Assembly: GCA_043228905.1 (NCBI GenBank)
Contig: JBHGNT010000003.1
Span: 17,298,001 to 17,362,000 of the forward strand
Reading direction: 5' to 3'
DNA from: Azolla caroliniana
Lineage: Eukaryota; Plantae; Polypodiophyta
DNA length: 64,000 bases
The stretch's first letter is position 1. Each line of letters opens with the position of its first letter. The position numbers were made by a program, and so were the translations under genes. Positions 11,704 to 24,030 of the stretch are shown here, in pieces. The notes under the pieces are model-generated. The model searched no databases and had not been told where the DNA came from. It saw nothing but the letters and a program-made list of their open reading frames with translations.

Positions 11704-12554
11704 GGAAGTAGCAAGGCTAGGGGGAGACAAGCCGACAAGAGGAGATCAGCAAAGAGCAGCAGAGCCGACGACCTGGAGCCGGAACCAGCCAAAGGCAAGG
11801 GGAGAGCCGAATGGCGTGACAAATCAAAGACAGTCAATTCAAACAATGTGGACGATTCGGATGAGCCGAATGAGATATACGTCGAACGAGCAAATGGGTA
11901 GCCGATGCCAATGTCCATGCAGGAAATTTCACAGATTGAGGGGCGTCAGAGCTGAAGATGCAGGAAGAAAGCCGATGAGGGCCAAAGTAGCAAACAAGTC
12001 AACCGAACTAGTCGAAGTGCACGGGCCAGGAGAAGAGTTGGCAAAGCGAAGGAGCCGAGGTGAAGAACCAGTAGAGCAGATGGAGTGAACCCCCAAGTTG
12101 AGCTTGAGGAGGAGTGTTGAGTAACAAACTCAACATAAAATTGAATTGGTTAAAGGTCATAAGGTTGAATCAACTGAAGAAGTTGAAAGCCGAATCAGCT
12201 GGTAGGATCGGCTAGAGAAGTCGTTAAGGCATAAGGCCGGATCGGCTAGAGAAGCCATTAGGACACAAGGTTTTGGGAATTGGGCCTCTAGGAATATTAT
12301 AGGTCAATTAGTGTGAGAGCTCATGAATGAGCTCAAGTACTTGTGTCAGTACTCTTTTGTATAAAAAGTGCTCTGCGAGCACATTGTATGCACAAAGCCT
12401 TTTTGTAATAGAAAATTTTGTGTGTTGTCTATTAACTCTGTCTCTCTCTCTCCCTATGTACCTACTCTCCACCCCCACTCTCTATGAATACCCAATTGTC
12501 TATTGTTGTTGGCTAAGCGGTTTTGTTTGTTAGCTTCTACACTTTACTTTAACA
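11704..12554 (+). mobile_element. Copia 3' fragment: charged tail region, PPT and LTR (12115-12554)
   Basis: cccaagttgagcttgaggaggag|TGTTGAG, the same junction as 7806-7835; LTR ends TTTAACA. Confidence 0.75.
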
Positions 12555-14631
12555 AAATCCATTTTGATGGATTTCATTACAAATCTCCCATCTTCCAAAG
12601 GTTATGATGCCACTATTACAATGGTTGATCATTTTACGATTATGGCACATTTTCACCCATATATAAAGACTTTTGCCAATTAAGAAATGGCAAATCTTGT
12701 TATGGGAAAAGTATTCAAGCATCATGGCCTTCCAAATGAAATTATTAGTGATCATGGTCTACAATTTCTTGTTATTTAAGTTTTGGACACACTTACTTGA
12801 GATCCTTAAGATTTCTTGTAAACTTGTTTCAAGTTATCATCCTTAAACCGATGGTCAAATTGAACACACAAATCAAACATCAAAGCAATATTCTCGTTTC
12901 TTTATCAATTATCAACAAGGTGATTGGGTGAATTTCTTACATATGATAAAGTTTCTTACTTTAGTTCACTCTATTCTTCCACCAGAAACACTCCATACTT
13001 TGAAAATATAGGATATCATCCTCGTTGGATGATGCTCAAATATCCAAAAGTCTCAAACAATCGTGTTGTTGAGGAACATCTAGAACAACTCAAAGATATT
13101 CAAGCCAAGCTTTCTGACCATTTGCTTTATGCTCAAGCCAAGTGCAAGAAGGCGACATATTAGATTGACGTTGCACCAAAGGAACATAAGTTTCAAGTCA
13201 GTCATCATGTATGACTCTTGCAACATAATGTGAAGACTATTAGGTCATGCAATAAGTTGGATTTCTAACATCTAGATCCATTTGCAATCTTTGATCAAGT
13301 CAATGATGTTACATTTCATTTAGACATGCCTTCACATATGCATCTTCATCTAGTATTTCACATTTTATTGTTAGAGCCATGGACATCAAGTTCTATCCGC
13401 AACCAGGTTGTTCCACCACCACCTCTAGTTCAACTTTTTCAAGGACCAAAATATAAGGACGAAGCTATTTTATACTCCAAGATCATTTGTAACAAGTTAC
13501 ATTTGTCGAATACAGTTTTCTAATGGACATATTCACATTTACCTCTTGTACAAACTAGTATAGGCTATTTCTGTAAATAGCATAAAGGGAAATTGCCCTA
13601 GTTTGGTTAGCATATAGTGTTGCAAACATTTCTTCACAACAACCTATTTCCAACAACATTACGTTGTAGATTGGCTTACACACATAACGATCAAAAGTGG
13701 GAACCTATAGAGAACGTCGCTAATGACCTTGAACTTATACCCTAATAAACCAAAAACCTAGGTAATGCATTGTGACTGATGGAATTTGTCGTCAAAGGAG
13801 GGGATGATATCACAAAATACCAACATCAAGATTCAAACCTATAACCTTCAAAAAGAAATTCTTACACTACATTTCATATTATTATTATTTAGATTATGTG
13901 GCATTTAACACAATGGAAATTTGTCAAATGGCATGCATGTGCGTACACCAAGTAGCATACATGAATGCCAAGGGCAATCATGTGTGATACCATGTGTGTT
14001 ATATATGTGGAAGATCTGCTCAGTATTGAACCATTTTGGTTCCACGCTGGTGTCGTGATGTGGTGCGCCAAGTGTGGGAAAAGCCGGTGAACAAGGGCCA
14101 AAATGTGTATATACAATGTGCGTGCACACAAAGGCAATTATTTGTGCACATGCACAAATAAAATGGAAATGAAGGGTGCAAAGGAGGCACAGAAAATTGT
14201 GGGGGTGGAAAGTAAGAGAGAGGAGAGATGAAAAGTAAAAGAGAGAAGCTAATAGACTATGTATTTTTAGATATAGTATCAAATATTAGATAGTGGTTAG
14301 AGCCATTGACCTTTACCTAGGGGTGCACGGTTTGAATCCATGTAACTACGTGATTTAAGGGGACGTTATTCTTTTTTTGCATTAAATACAAATGTGCCCC
14401 CCCCCCCCCTTTTTCTTATAAAAGGAGGAGTAGATTATCGCCATTTTCATTTTGAGGGCGCTTCATTGTCATCTTCATCGTTGTGGGGAGAAACTCTTGC
14501 TCTTCCTTTGCTCATACCCTTTCATCCCCTCTTCGTCCCGGTTCTTGTCTTCTTCATGTTGGTGGTGGTGTTTGTGTGCCCGTGTTTGCATCCCCAAGAT
14601 TTGCTTTGCCTATCCAAGATCTTTCATAGCA
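12555..14631 (+). mobile_element. Decayed chromovirus-type gypsy 3' part: integrase, chromodomain, PPT, LTR (about 13808-14631)
   Basis: MDFITNLPSSKGYDA; HLVFHILLLEPW; EAILYSKIICNKLH|YVVDWL..WEPIENV chromodomain; PPT aaaggagggga. LTR right end approximate. Confidence 0.78.
13504..13655 (+). repeat. 152-bp miniature solo LTR
   Basis: TGTCG...CAACA with perfect 5-bp TSD acatt; splits the chromodomain codons KLH|YVV. Confidence 0.8.
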
Positions 14632-15748
14632 AACAACCTGCCTAAAGCTTTCGTGAAGCTCGCAATCTTCTTGGTGTCTTGTCCGTCCACATATAGCAAT
14701 AGAATCAAGAAGTTGCCTTCACTATACCTTTTGACAAACACACAGTGATCAACTTGTATTTTATTGAACCCATGTTCCAACATGAAGGATTCGAACTTCT
14801 TATACCATTGGTGTGGAGCTTGCTTCAGACCATACAAGCTTTTCTTCAGTCGACACACCAGATTTTATTTTCCTTTCTCCACAAAACCCTCGGGCTGCTG
14901 CATATAGATCTCTTCGTCTAATTCCCCGTGCAAGAATATTGTTTTGACATCCAATTGCTCTATTTCCAAATTCATACTAGCAACAATACTTAACAATGTT
15001 CGAATGGATGTCATCTTTACAACTAGTACAAAAATATCATCGAATCGACCCCTTTCTTCAGCTGAAATCCCTTTACTACAATTCAGGCCTTGTCGCTGCC
15101 ATCTTCCCCATTTTTCCACTTAAAGACCCATTTGTTTCTCAAGGCTCTCTTACCTTTCGATAGTTCTACCAAGTTGTAAGTGTAATTTTCATGCAAGGAA
15201 TCCATTTCATCTTGCACTGCACTTTGCCATTTCTCCTTGTGCTCATCTATTATGGCTTCTTCATAAGATTTTGGCTCACCCTCATCAGTCAATAAGACAT
15301 ATTGGTTGGCGTATCGAATGGGTGATCTCCTTTCTCTAAGTAGGTATCTCCTTTCTCCAATAGTCGGCTCAGGTTCAAAAGTTCCTACCGACTCTTCATT
15401 TGGCTCGAATTCACATGTCTTGATCGGTTGCTGAAGATCGACCGACTCAAACTCGTATGCTTCAATCTATCTCTATAGGTCAGCCAACCCGGATCATATG
15501 TACTAGTCAGTTGCTCCGAGTCAACCAACTCGGATTCGGCTGTATCGACTGGTTGTCTTCTAACAGTCGGCTGGGAAGACGACCCCGATTGCTACTATTT
15601 CCAGTCTTTGATCATCTTGTCTTCCATAAATACTATGTCTCGACTCTTCACCACAGTTTTCTTGTCGAGTATATCCTATAGCATGTAGCCGAATTCATCA
15701 TCTAAGTACCCCAGAAACATGCATGGTTTCGACTTGTTGTCGAGCTTC
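14632..15748 (-). mobile_element. Decayed copia (Tnt1/Tork-like) integrase end and RT fragment
   Basis: EPKSYEEA..DEMDSLHEN..NKWVFK; VKMTSIR..QLDVKT; [14 protein letters not shown]; LLLYVD. Confidence 0.88.
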
Positions 15749-16420
15749 TATTACTGGCCTAAGGTAACACGGTATGGGATACTCATTCCTTTGGTATTCA
15801 ACTCAAGGTCTTTTGGTTGGGGAATGGTAGTATCGGTGAGCCGTTTTAGTGAAACCCGACCGCACATATTTCCTACATGAATCGAATTATTGTGAGTGGG
15901 GAGACTTTGGAGTCTGAAACCTGAGCCGATTACGACTGACCGGTAATGCATACGATACACAGAGTACTTAAGGACCCTCAACACAAATAAAACTTCGACA
16001 CAAAACACACAGAGAGTATAAGCAAACATATTTCTATTTATCAACCACAACTCAATACAATATTACTCCATTACCCCTTACATGCTTTCCAAGTCCATTT
16101 TTATAGGGATCCTGGGTGATTACGTTTAGAACCTGAACCACTAATAATAATAATAACTAGGTGCCAACGTCTATCTTCTTTACTCCTCATTCAGCCCCAT
16201 CCATCTTCTATTCGGCCTGTAACCATTCCATGGCCTTTTCACACTCGAGTCGTCCGAACTGGCCAACACATGGCACGCCCGTGGGACAACGCCTGCACGG
16301 TTGAACCCCATGGGTTGGTTTAGGCCTCGTCAAAGATATGCAAAATGTTAGGCTCATTCGGAGCTGATTCGTTTGTGCCGAAGGTGGGGACATCTAGTGA
16401 GGTCGGGATCGGTCCTATCA
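15749..16420 (-). repeat. Probable 3' LTR of an element carrying an extra coiled-coil ORF
   Basis: Minus-strand TATA (ccctataaaa near 16100) followed by a polyA-like region; TGA...TA(CA) type ends; no partner LTR visible. Confidence 0.5.
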
Positions 16421-17056
16421 ACTCCGTCGTTGTTGTCATTTTCACGACTGGTTCTTTATTCCTTTCGATGTCCTATGGAGTGTCCTGAGGTCACGACTGG
16501 GATAGGCTAGTGTGTTGAGCTTGTAGCGTGGTGCTTGTGGAAGGATCATCAGTTGGCTGTTCTTCGGCCCTTTTTGTGTTCTGGGGAGGTATGGGGGATG
16601 CGTTGTCGGCCTCAGCGAGGGAATGCCCGCTTGATTCGTTGTCGGGGAACCTGCCTCTTGCTCCTTCTCCGTCCGCCTCCATTCGGCCTCATATGCCTCC
16701 AATTGGAGTTGGTCATCTCCGAACTCCTCTAGTAGTTATCCTATTTCATAGAGTGGCGTTAGGTTAGGGTCTTGTAGTCATTTGCCAACTCCTCCCGGAT
16801 TGTTGTGACACTGTCCTCATCAAGCTTGTAGAATCCACAGCCGCCCTTCCTTTGGTTTTCCTGATCCACCCTTAGAATGTGAAGTTCCGCTGCTTGCGCG
16901 AACCAGGCCTCCCATCCTCGTTGCACTTTGTCGGCAATAATTTTATGGTTGATTCCTTTCGATTCACGATCAGTGTCTCGATCCTTTCTGTGTACATCAT
17001 TGTTTTTATGCACACCTCCTGTATGGTATCCTCGAGTTTCTTGATTTACTTGTAGT

Positions 17057-17090
17057 TGTTGGGAAAGAAGAGAAAGAGAGAGAGAAAGAA

Positions 17091-17128
<38 letters not shown>

Positions 17129-20100
17129 GGGAAACAGAGAAAGCGTTTTATTATTATTATAATGCCCCTTGAATGAATACAACGTTGGTGGTGGTTTTAT
17201 AAGACCACCACCAATAGGCTTACGGTTTCCTTCTCATGAAGGAAACCGATTTCATAAGAACTACATATTAATATATTTTATTTTATTTTATTTTTTGCTT
17301 ATTATTTTCCTCACTCCCCCCTAAGCAAAATTTTCTAGAAGTGTAGGTTTTCATATTTATCTTCGATTACATCAATTAATCCAACTTGCTTGCAACAAAT
17401 AATGTGCTTAGAATGTTGAAGAGGCTTCGTTAGAAAATCAGCCCACATTTGATGAGTAGGAGCAAACTTTAACTCTATCTTCTTCGTTTCAATGAGATCA
17501 CGAAGAAAGTGATGCTTCAAATCCACATGACGAATATTGTCGCTCATCTTTGGATTGTTGGCTAACTTGATGCAAGATTGATTATCACAAAATAAAGTCA
17601 CTGGTGGAATAGTAAATAACTTAAATTCATCGAGCATAGCTTTAATCCATATGCCTTCTTTAGCCGCTAAAGCCGCAGCAACATATTCAGCTTCGGTGGA
17701 TGACAATGCTACGGTAGTTTGTTTCTTTGACTTCCACGAAATTGCACCACCAGCTAGTGTGTAAACATATCCACCTGTTGACTTGCAATCGTCTACATCT
17801 CCCCCCCAGTCCGAGTCTGACCAACCAATTAGTTGGCTAGAGGGATTTGTCCATCCTTGCACAAGTGTGGTTGACTCGGATTGTGTGGTGGAGTAAGTCA
17901 ACGCATAATGTTGAGTGTGCTTCAAGTATCGTAGTAATCTTTTGAGCGCGATCCAATGCTTTGGTCCTGGATTAGACATGAAACGAGAAAGAAAACCGGC
18001 GGCAAAGCAAATATTGGGACGTGTGCAACTTACTAGATATCTTATACACCCAAGGAATTGCTTATAGTGTACATCCTTCATTTCAGAAATTTCTCGTTCA
18101 TTTTTGGGAGAATCATCATTTGATAGTTTACATGGAGAGGTAAGAGGAGTATTAATAGGCTTACTATGGAGCATATCAAATTTTTGGAGGATAGAATTAA
18201 TATAATTTGATTGTGATAATGAGATAGTATGATTTGTTCTACTTTGAGTTATTTTGATGCCTAGAAAATGGGTCATAGGGCCTAAATCGGTAATAGGAAA
18301 AACATATGCAAGTTCCTTCTTTGCAATAGCTAGATAATATTTAGAGTTAGAGATCAAAGGCAAATCATCAACATAGACACCTATGATAACAAAATTGGTT
18401 TTGGCTTTTCTAACATAGATATTTGGCTCATTGTTTAGACGATGATATCCAACTTTTATAAGAAAAGAGTGTAGTTTGTGATACCATATGCGTGGAGATT
18501 GCTTAAGGCCGTAAATAGATTTACGAAGTCGACAAACATGTGTCGGATGACTTGAATCTTCAAAAAATTGTGGTTGTTGTAGATAAAGTTCTTCATCTAA
18601 ATCTCCATGAAGAAAAGCCGTTTGTACATCCAAGTGATGCAATTCTAGATCATGTTGTGCGGCAAGAGCAATGAGCATTCGAAAACCACATATTTTTAGC
18701 GTTGGACTAAATGTATCTTGAAAATCAATACCTGGTACTTGCGAAAATCCTCGAGCAACTACACGAGCCTTGAAGCGAATTGGATTGCCATTACTATCTC
18801 ACTATATGCGTAAGACCCATTTAGAACCAATTATTTGTCGATCTTTTGGAGGCTCAACGAGGGTCCACGTACCATTTTTAAGTAAAGCCTTCATTTCTTC
18901 TTCCATAGCTTTTCTCCATTTGATAGAATCCGATCCGGAAAGTGCATCTTTGGCCGATAGATTTGTGTCATCACTAAGGGTTGGAATATCTTCTTCTTGA
19001 ATATAAGCTTCATGGTCCAAGTCCACGAAATGTGCTTCCATTTGATCAAGTTGTTCATAAATATTACTTAGAGATCTATACTTTGGAGGTGGAGAGTTTG
19101 GTGGAGAAGTTGGTGATGACACTTGGAATGAAGGATTAGGAGAGGGACTGGAGAAGATAACATTATTTGTATTATTAGAGGGAGTTAAACAATGTATATT
19201 TAAAGGAGTATGAGGAAGAGAATCATCTAGAGATTGGAATGAGGGAAGATAAGAAGAAGAATTAGTTGGTTGAGTAGGATTGATCTTTGCCTTATGAATA
19301 GATGGAAGAGCAACACAAATTGTGGAAGTAGAGGATGAGCCAATGTTGGCTCCTTCAATATGAGAGCTATTAATATTAGAGATGGTTGAGGAAGATGGTT
19401 GTAAGTAATTAGGGGTAGGTAATAAGGGAGGTAGATTAGAAGAAAGTGAAGAAGAAACCTTTGTAGAAGGCCCATTTTCTTGGAATATCACATTACGACT
19501 AAAGAATATTCTTCGTTTTTGTGGATCGTAGAGCTTGTACGCCTTGTATCCTGAAGCTTCTCCATATCCGATGAAAGTTAATTTTGTAGCCCTTGGATCT
19601 AGCTTATTTCTTTGAACATTTGGCACAAAAGCATAAGCATCACAACCAAAAATACGAAGGTTACTTAAGTTAGGTTTGTGACCATGCCATAGTTCATAAG
19701 GGGTTTGGAGCCCCAAGGATCTATGAAATCCTCGATTTTGAATATAGCAAGCGGTGCCAACCGCTTCCTCCCAAAATTGAGGTGATAAGTGAGCAAATTG
19801 TAACATAATTCGAGCCATATTGAGAAGTGATCTATTCTTCCTTTCGGATACACCATTTTGTTGTGGTGTGTGTGGTGTTGATATTCTATGATGTATGCCT
19901 TCATTTAGATATAAACTTTGAAATTCATGAGACATATACTCACCACCACCATCGGTTTGAAGACTTTTAATCTTTGATGATGTTTGCACTTCGACTCGAG
20001 CCTTGTATTCTTTGAATGCTTGATAAGCTTGACTTTTGTACTTGAGAAAATGCAAGATTGTAAATCGACTAAAGTCATCTATAAAGCTAATGAAATATTT

Positions 20101-21936
20101 GGCTCCACTAAGAGAAGGGGTTGGAAAAGGTCCACATAGATCACTATGTACTAATGCAAGAGGGGTAGTGGCTCTAGATCTATGCTTTGGGAATGGTTGT
20201 TGGGGCATTTTCCCAAGGATACAACTTTCACACAAAGAGATGGCCTCGAAAGGTTCTTTTGGCAAACCATGGACTAGATTATTACATTGTAGTGTTTTAA
20301 GAGCATTGAAATGCATATGACCTAGACGAAAGTGCCAAAGAGAAGAAGGAGAATGAAGATTGGTTAAAGATATGGAGGATTGTATTGGGGTAGTATGATG
20401 TGCTTCTAAAATAAGAGATGTAGGAATACATTTTATGGGATATAAGCCTCCTTCTCGTTTACAACATGTTCTAATAAGTTCTCCATTTGAGGCTTTATGT
20501 TTAATAATAGCATGGTTAGGATGAAATTCAATGATAGTACCATTTGTCGTTGCTTGACTAACCGATAGCAAGTGTTTGGTAATGCCCGGGACATAAAGAA
20601 CTTCATTGATTGTGAAATGTCTTCCTCCTGTGACTTCAAACGTAATATCACCCTTGCCAATAGCTTGTTTAGTCCCATTATTTCCAAATCTTACAATGAT
20701 AGGAGGTTCAACATCCTTATAGTTACATAACCAATCTTTTCTATTAGTTAAGTGGTTAGTAGCACCAGTGTCGAGATACCATATGTCATTTACATTACTT
20801 GGGTTTGGAATCGTCGCGGAAAGTGATTCAGCAATGAATGCTTGAAGGACGTCATCATACTTGTCGCCATTTTGATATCCATCTCCTATGACTTTTTCAT
20901 CATCCATCTCTTCTTCAACAAGATGGGCTTGTACACGCTTCCATGGTTGATAACTCTTGAAATTTGACTTTGCGCGACAATCTTTGGTTGCATGATTTGT
21001 ACGTTTGCATATTTTACAATAGGTATTGTTGAACCACATTTCTCCTTGTTTAGTGTTTTGATCTTTCTTTATCCACGGCTTCGAGCTTTCTCCTCTTTGG
21101 GTGAACCTTTTGTTCTTGTATGCTACCATTGCCATAATTGGAGTTGAATTTGAAGACCTTTGTGAACGCATTGTTTCCTCCTGTCTAATGTTTGCAAGAA
21201 GATCGATTAGCGTTGGACAATTTATAGAGTTTTGGGTGGTTCTAAAAGTGGACCATGAGTGAGGAAGAGCACCAAGGAGGAGAATCTTTTGAAATTTATC
21301 ATGGATTTCTAATCCCGAAGTTAACACATCATCTAATTTCTTTTGCCATATTAATAGAAATTCACCAACCGGTTGTTCATCATTCATTTTGTAATTAACA
21401 AGCGCTTGAAGTGTATGCGCTTGTTGGGCATCATTTTTCGGCTCGTAGATAGTTTGTAAGTGCTTCCACATTTCATGAGCCGTCTCCATTTTTCACAATG
21501 TTTCTCCGGTGCCATCACTTACGTGCATTAGAATTTCCATTCTTGCACACAAATCTTTTTCTTCATATTCTTCAAGTTCTTCGCCTTTTTCAGGTTTTGT
21601 TGACGATCCTGAAATTATGTCCCATACTTTATTATATTTAAAAAGTAATTCTAATCTTGCCTTCCAAATTCGATAATTTGTGTCCGATAATTTCTCGATC
21701 GTGAATTTTCGCATGTTGAGTTGCGACGACGACATAGATTGTGCCATTATTGCAGAGGGCTGTCCGGATCAGTGCACGGCAAACACAAAATTGTCGTTCG
21801 TTATTTGACGATCTTGAACACTATGAATATAATGTATAGGGCACGTGTTTTGTAATTTTTAGAAAGGCATTGGCTATAAGGCTATTAGGTCGTTTGGCTC
21901 TGATACCATGTTGGGAAAGAAGAGAAAGAGAGATAG

Positions 21937-21986
<50 letters not shown>

Positions 21987-22171
21987 GGGAAACAGAGAAA
22001 GCGTTTTATTATTATTATAATGCCCCTTGAATGAATACAACGTTGGTGGTGGCTTTATAAGACCACCACCAATAGGCTTACAGTTTCCTTCTCATGAAGG
22101 AAACCAATTTCATAAGAACTACATATTAATATATTTTATTTTATTTTATTTTTTGCTTATTATTTTCCTCA
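17057..22171 (-). mobile_element. Near-intact Ty1/copia LTR retrotransposon
   Basis: LTRs 21909-22171 and 17057-17313 (about 5 substitutions plus GA-repeat length change); TSD gtagt/gtagc; tRNA-iMet PBS TGGTATCAGAGCC at 21908-21896; PPT at 17314-17322. Confidence 0.96.
17335..21747 (-). pseudogene. Copia gag-pol polyprotein, single frame with three premature stops
   Basis: ORFs 21747, 21489 and 18678 are all in one frame; stops at 21495-21493 (TGA) and 18804-18799 (TAG TGA). Motifs: CKICKRTNHATKDC, WYLDTGATNH, VHSDLCGP, YVDD, ADFLTK. Confidence 0.92.
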
Positions 22172-24030
22172 GTAGCATGCCCAAATTGTATGGCGTAGCA
22201 GTCTTGGATGACGCACATGTTCGTCTGCAAGATTTTGAATTATTTGTCGTGCAACTCTTCCATACTTGCCATCTCTTTCTGCATGCAAAGTTGTATTTCC
22301 TCTACCAATTGCCATTTGGCCGTCATTTGCTCCTCATACCACTTCTTTTGCTTTTTGGTGGCTTCCCGCTAGTTCTGGATCGTCTCTTCCGCCCGTATTA
22401 TTGCTTGCTTCTGTTCTTCGAGGGCGCCAACGGCTTGTGTGTAAGTCGTAACTTACTCATCCATCTTATCTTGAAGTGCCTTTAGGCTTTTCCGAGCGGT
22501 GCCCCGAATGCTAGTTTCTCTATCCAACGATTTGTCGGAGTTGTGCTCGTAGCCGATCGACCTCCATCTCAGCATTGGTTGCCACCTTTTTCGTCTTCGA
22601 CACTATCGCTTGTTGGGCCTTGATCTCCTCCCGCAGTGCTTGTACTTCGGCTGCCGAGGGGCCCGTTGTGTCGGCTGCCGATTTGGTTTCCCGTAGTTGC
22701 CGCTCTAATTGTTCGATTAACGTTTTGGCCTCCTGCAATTGTTGTGCGGTGCCCTTAGCCACCTTTCGTGCTTATTTATTTTTGTAAGCTATATCTCTTT
22801 GGCCCCTAAGCGCACCCTGGCTAATTCCTGATGCAGCTCCACCAGGTCCATATTCAAGGCTGGCAATTCAATGGCCATGTGCCCTCCGTTGGCATGCCGT
22901 TTGTGGTCGATTTTGCTTAAGGCCAATTCTTCCTCCGGCTCCACTACCTCGGGCTATGGCCCCGGATATGGCTCGTTGAATCATCTGTCGTTCGGCATGC
23001 TCTTCTGTCATGCCATCGACGTCCGTGACCTGTTGTGTGGCGAGGAATTCCACCAATTCGAAAGACATGCAGAACTGCAATATGGTGATGAATTTGTGTG
23101 CAACTGCTAGGATTTCTCGGTAGGCAAGGACCTCACTCTCCTGAGTCAAGAATCCCTAGCCCAATTGTAACTTCCTGGAGAGGGTTGTCTTGGTTGCCGA
23201 GACCTGAGTGGCTATCTGCATAGAACTGACTTCAGACGATGCCCTATCTTTCGGTTGGGCTGCCGCACTCACATCTTTGGCCAAGCCTTGGTCGTTCTTC
23301 CTATTGAGGCATTGTCGTTCTGGTTGGTTGGGGACTTCGTTGTTCCCCCTGCGGCCGTTGGTCGCTTTGTTCCAAGATTGTGCATTCTCTTCGGGTGTTG
23401 GCCGCTTGTTGTGAGTCCATTGTGAGAAATTCTGTGCGTGCTTCTTGGTCTACTTTTTGTTTGGTGTTGCTAGGAAAACCTATTTCCAAGATTCGACAAA
23501 GCCATGGGGGCACCACGTGTGTGGACAATGATGTACTTTCTTTCTTGGGTTCTGTTCCTGCATGCCTGCCTCCCAATCGATAACCTATGCTAGACCTATG
23601 CTCTCCTCTACATTCACTATCTTCCTAGATTCTTCTCTCTCTAGAATATGTAACTCTCTAAATACCTTCTCTCTCTTCCACTTCTCCAACGTTATTCCCT
23701 CTCATTCATCATTTATTGTAATTGTTTGGTAATACGAGAGTTATTTACAATCAAACAAGTACTTCACCCACATTCCCTAATTTTATATAAATAGGTTATG
23801 TTAGCCTCTTTTGGAAGAACCAGTGTTGGGCAAAGTTTCCAAACCCTACCGGAAATTTTCCTGCTACTTATGATCCTAACTGGAAATTAAAAATTTTAAC
23901 CGGCCACTTTCCTACGAGTAATAATGTTAACCGGAACATGTTCAAAAAAAAAAATCGTACATAGCAAAAAAAAATTGCCACATCCAATTATATCAAACTA
24001 ATGAAACATCTTATGAAACATCTTAATCAA

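Larger units (their letters stand above)
16442..23576 (-). pseudogene. Degenerate TE-associated coiled-coil ORF (16442-17056 plus 22172-23576), split by the copia insertion
   Basis: Minus-strand ORF pieces 23576-23301, 23149-22868, 22762-22520, 17013-16759 and 16702-16442; heptad-like AQQLQEAKTLIEQLERQLRE; sequence is contiguous across the copia TSD. Confidence 0.55.

Noticed and set aside
14287-14345. Functional tRNA genes at 14287, 48885 and 57097
   Set aside because: No complete cloverleaf or acceptor stem; reported only as tRNA-like relics.
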